Part shown: positions 62,337 through 64,000 of the stretch, piece by piece
Position numbering within the stretch: position 1 is the first letter of the stretch
Layout of the letters: each line of letters begins with the position of its first letter
DNA from: an uncultured Actinomycetes bacterium
GTDB lineage: Bacteria; Actinomycetota; Thermoleophilia; Gaiellales; Gaiellaceae
Direction of reading: 5' to 3'
Assembly (NCBI GenBank): GCA_963700495.1
Contig: CAVOXT010000002.1
Coordinates: 72,075-136,074 of the forward strand
DNA: 64,000 nt
Notes under the pieces: model-generated
Told to the model about the DNA's origin: nothing
Databases searched by the model: none
Seen by the model: only the letters and a program-made list of their open reading frames with translations
Position numbers and translations under genes: made by a program

Positions 62337-63970
62337 ACCGCCTGCAGCGCGCGCAGGACGTCGAGCATGCCGTTGCCCTGGAAGTACCGTTCGCGACCGA
62401 GGTCGGTCGCGTTCTCGCAGAGCACCCGCTTGATGCGCTCGGGCTGCCCGATGAACTCGTGGTAGCGGGCCATCAGCAACGCCGCCGCGGCGCTGACGTG
62501 TGGTGCCGCCATGCTCGTGCCGTCCATGGTGCTGACCCTCCGACCCGGGATCGGCGAGGTGATCTTCTCGCCCGGCGCGACGAGATCCGGCTTCAGCCGC
62601 CCGTCGCCCGTCGGCCCGCGGCTCGAGAAGTACGAGACGCCGTAGGAGTGCGGCTCGAAGCGGTGCGTCGCGCCCACGGTGATTACGCCCTGGGCGTTGC
62701 CGGGGTCGGTGATGCTGATGCTCCGGTACCCCTCGCTCGACTCGCCCTGCATCGTCTGGAAGCGCGCATATCCGTCGTTGCCGGCCGCGGCGACCACCAC
62801 AGTCCCGGCTCCAACCAGCCGCTCGCATTCCTCGCACACCGGTGTTCGGCCGCACGCGTAGTTCGCAACGTCGTGACGAATCGAAAGGCTGGCGTTGACG
62901 CCGTGGACAAGGACTCGATCCTTGTTCGCGTTCAGGTAGCGGACGAACTGCAGCGCTGCGATCAGCGAGAACTCGTCCCCGTTGCCGTCCGCGTCCAGCA
63001 CCCGCAGGTCGTACAACTCGAGCCCGGCGGCGACGCCGAGGAGGTTTGCTTCGTTCGGCATGCCCTCGTCGCTGACCCGCCAGTCGGCGGTCAGGATTCC
63101 CGCCACGTGGGTGCCGTGCTCGTGCGCGGGCGGCACGTACGTCGTCGGCTCGTGTGGAACGCTCAGGAGCGGTTCGAGTGCGAGCCAGTCGATCGCCCGG
63201 CCGGCCTTCAGGGCGCGACGGAAGTCGCTGACACGCGCGCGGTCGTCGCGGCTCAACTGATGCTCGCTCAGATCGGCGTCCGGGTTCAGGAGCCGCCGCA
63301 GGCGAGTGAAGTCGTAGGTCGCGACGATCCGTGTCCGGTTTCGGGCCGGTGACCCCCGGCGCGCGGCCTCGAACGGCTCCGGGTACGGGTCGCCCTTCTC
63401 GTCGCGCTTGCGAAAGGCGGGATGGGTTGCGTCGATGCCGCTGTCGACCACACCCCACCGAAGCGAGCTGCAGCTCAGGTCGAACAGGCGCACCGCCGCA
63501 TCGGCCTTGACCGCGAGGATCGAGCGCGAGATGGCCGGACTGGCGGGACGGTTCCTGTCGACCCGCCAGAGCAGATCCGTGGGCAGCGGCTCGGTCAGGT
63601 CGCCCTCCGCGACCAGGTCGAGCACAGCCTCGACGAGCTGCTCGTTCGACGGCTCGGCCTTCGCGCGTTTGCGCCGGCGCTCAAGCTCGATTCTCCCGAC
63701 GATCCGGATCAGCCAGAGCAGGTCGGGCGACACATCGCCTCCGAAGCCGGAGGGGCCGGTGTCCGACAGCTGCTCGGCGATCCGCTTCTTCACCGCCGGG
63801 TCGCGGAGCTTCTCGACGTGGCTCAGGTCGGCCTTCGTGCGCCAGACGTGTTCGCGCCACCAGTGCGTGAGCGGGAGCGCGACCTTCACCAGCTCTTCGA
63901 ACTCGAGCTCCGCGACGACGTACGACTCGTTGTAGGCGACTCGTACCTCGGCTGGGTGGTCCTGCCTCAT
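62333..63970 (-). CDS. S8 (subtilisin) family serine peptidase, cytoplasmic type with ~175-aa N-terminal extension
   Basis: The catalytic triad is 'VVDSGIDATHP' (Asp), 'HGTHVAGIL' (His) and 'GTSMAAPHVS' (Ser). There is no signal peptide. The ATG directly abuts the TAG of the upstream gene. Confidence 0.9.
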   Translation of the reverse strand: MRQDHPAEVRVAYNESYVVAELEFEELVKVALPLTHWWREHVWRTKADLSHVEKLRDPAVKKRIAEQLSDTGPSGFGGDVSPDLLWLIRIVGRIELERRRKRAKAEPSNEQLVEAVLDLVAEGDLTEPLPTDLLWRVDRNRPASPAISRSILAVKADAAVRLFDLSCSSLRWGVVDSGIDATHPAFRKRDEKGDPYPEPFEAARRGSPARNRTRIVATYDFTRLRRLLNPDADLSEHQLSRDDRARVSDFRRALKAGRAIDWLALEPLLSVPHEPTTYVPPAHEHGTHVAGILTADWRVSDEGMPNEANLLGVAAGLELYDLRVLDADGNGDEFSLIAALQFVRYLNANKDRVLVHGVNASLSIRHDVANYACGRTPVCEECERLVGAGTVVVAAAGNDGYARFQTMQGESSEGYRSISITDPGNAQGVITVGATHRFEPHSYGVSYFSSRGPTGDGRLKPDLVAPGEKITSPIPGRRVSTMDGTSMAAPHVSAAAALLMARYHEFIGQPERIKRVLCENATDLGRERYFQGNGMLDVLRALQAV

Positions 63971-64000
63971 CTACGTCTCCACCGAGCCGCTGGCGCAGGA
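63971..64000 (-). CDS. 3' end of an upstream co-oriented gene (runs off the right edge)
   Basis: The minus-strand reading '..SCASGSVET' ends at the TAG at 63971-63973, immediately followed by the subtilase ATG. Only 9 codons are visible. Confidence 0.3.
   Translation of the reverse strand, partial: SCASGSVET

Noticed and set aside
57632-64000. Possible prophage or contractile-injection locus, given the tail-tube gene, collagen-like fibre and TA pair elsewhere.
   Set aside because: No sheath, baseplate, capsid, terminase, integrase, att-like repeats or tRNA are seen. The neighbouring genes are ordinary cellular genes.
1-64000. Looked for rRNA, tRNA, CRISPR arrays, insertion sequences and long inverted repeats in all intergenic gaps.
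   Set aside because: The gaps are short, mostly under 150 nt. Apart from the hairpins listed, none shows cloverleaf-compatible or repeat-spacer structure by eye. A tRNAscan/Infernal run would be needed to exclude small RNAs formally.

Overview
High-G+C bacterial chromosomal window (about 70 % by eye, not computed), with an Actinomycetota/Thermoleophilia-like coding style. The G+C bias fills the six-frame track with spurious Arg/Ala/Pro-rich ORFs. I therefore chose genes by protein-like composition, recognisable motifs and start/stop coupling. No database search was possible, so all family names are motif-level recognition. I resolve about 65 genes and see no rRNA, tRNA, CRISPR array, transposase or integrase. 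(1) 0.4-8.6 kb holds a zinc-ribbon/class III cyclase/STAND/TPR giant, DegV, and a membrane-lipid operon of two cyclopropane-fatty-acyl-phospholipid-synthase paralogues plus an acyl-CoA desaturase. (2) 8.7-19.5 kb is a purine/ureide catabolism island: three xanthine-dehydrogenase-family subunits, adenine deaminase, a guanine/8-oxoguanine-deaminase-like amidohydrolase, uraH, uraD, the membrane urate hydroxylase puuD, DUF3830 and allantoate amidohydrolase, with a vapBC pair wedged in. (3) 19.6-24.1 kb holds miscellaneous enzymes and secreted protease candidates. (4) 24.1-57.6 kb is the most interesting part, a ~33 kb biosynthetic island bracketed by two inverted geranylgeranyl-reductase paralogues. 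It combines isoprenoid genes (two polyprenyl synthases, a class-I terpenoid-synthase-like gene, an alpha/alpha-toroid protein) with a highly reducing type-II PKS/FAS set (KS, Cys-less KS partner, two hotdog dehydratases, reductases, an unusual carrier protein). It also carries an acyl-AMP-ligase/carrier/acyltransferase fusion, five glycosyltransferase-like genes, a carbamoyltransferase, methyltransferases and an Sfp-type PPTase, mostly joined by overlapping start/stop codons. (5) 57.6-64 kb holds an orphan T4-gp19-type tail-tube gene, pterin dehydratase, a collagen-like anchored protein and a Vps62-like membrane protein. At the right edge sits an operon of a signal-peptide-less S8 subtilase and a ComEC-type MBL hydrolase that looks like a conflict/defence module. 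Major caveat: I count roughly 40 single-base frame breaks by hand. They are concentrated in two hot zones (8.7-17.4 kb and 34.9-40.7 kb), and the frame is often restored within 30-100 nt. This fits indel-type sequence errors better than real gene decay, but it cannot be settled from the sequence alone. Boundaries of frame-broken genes are therefore approximate.
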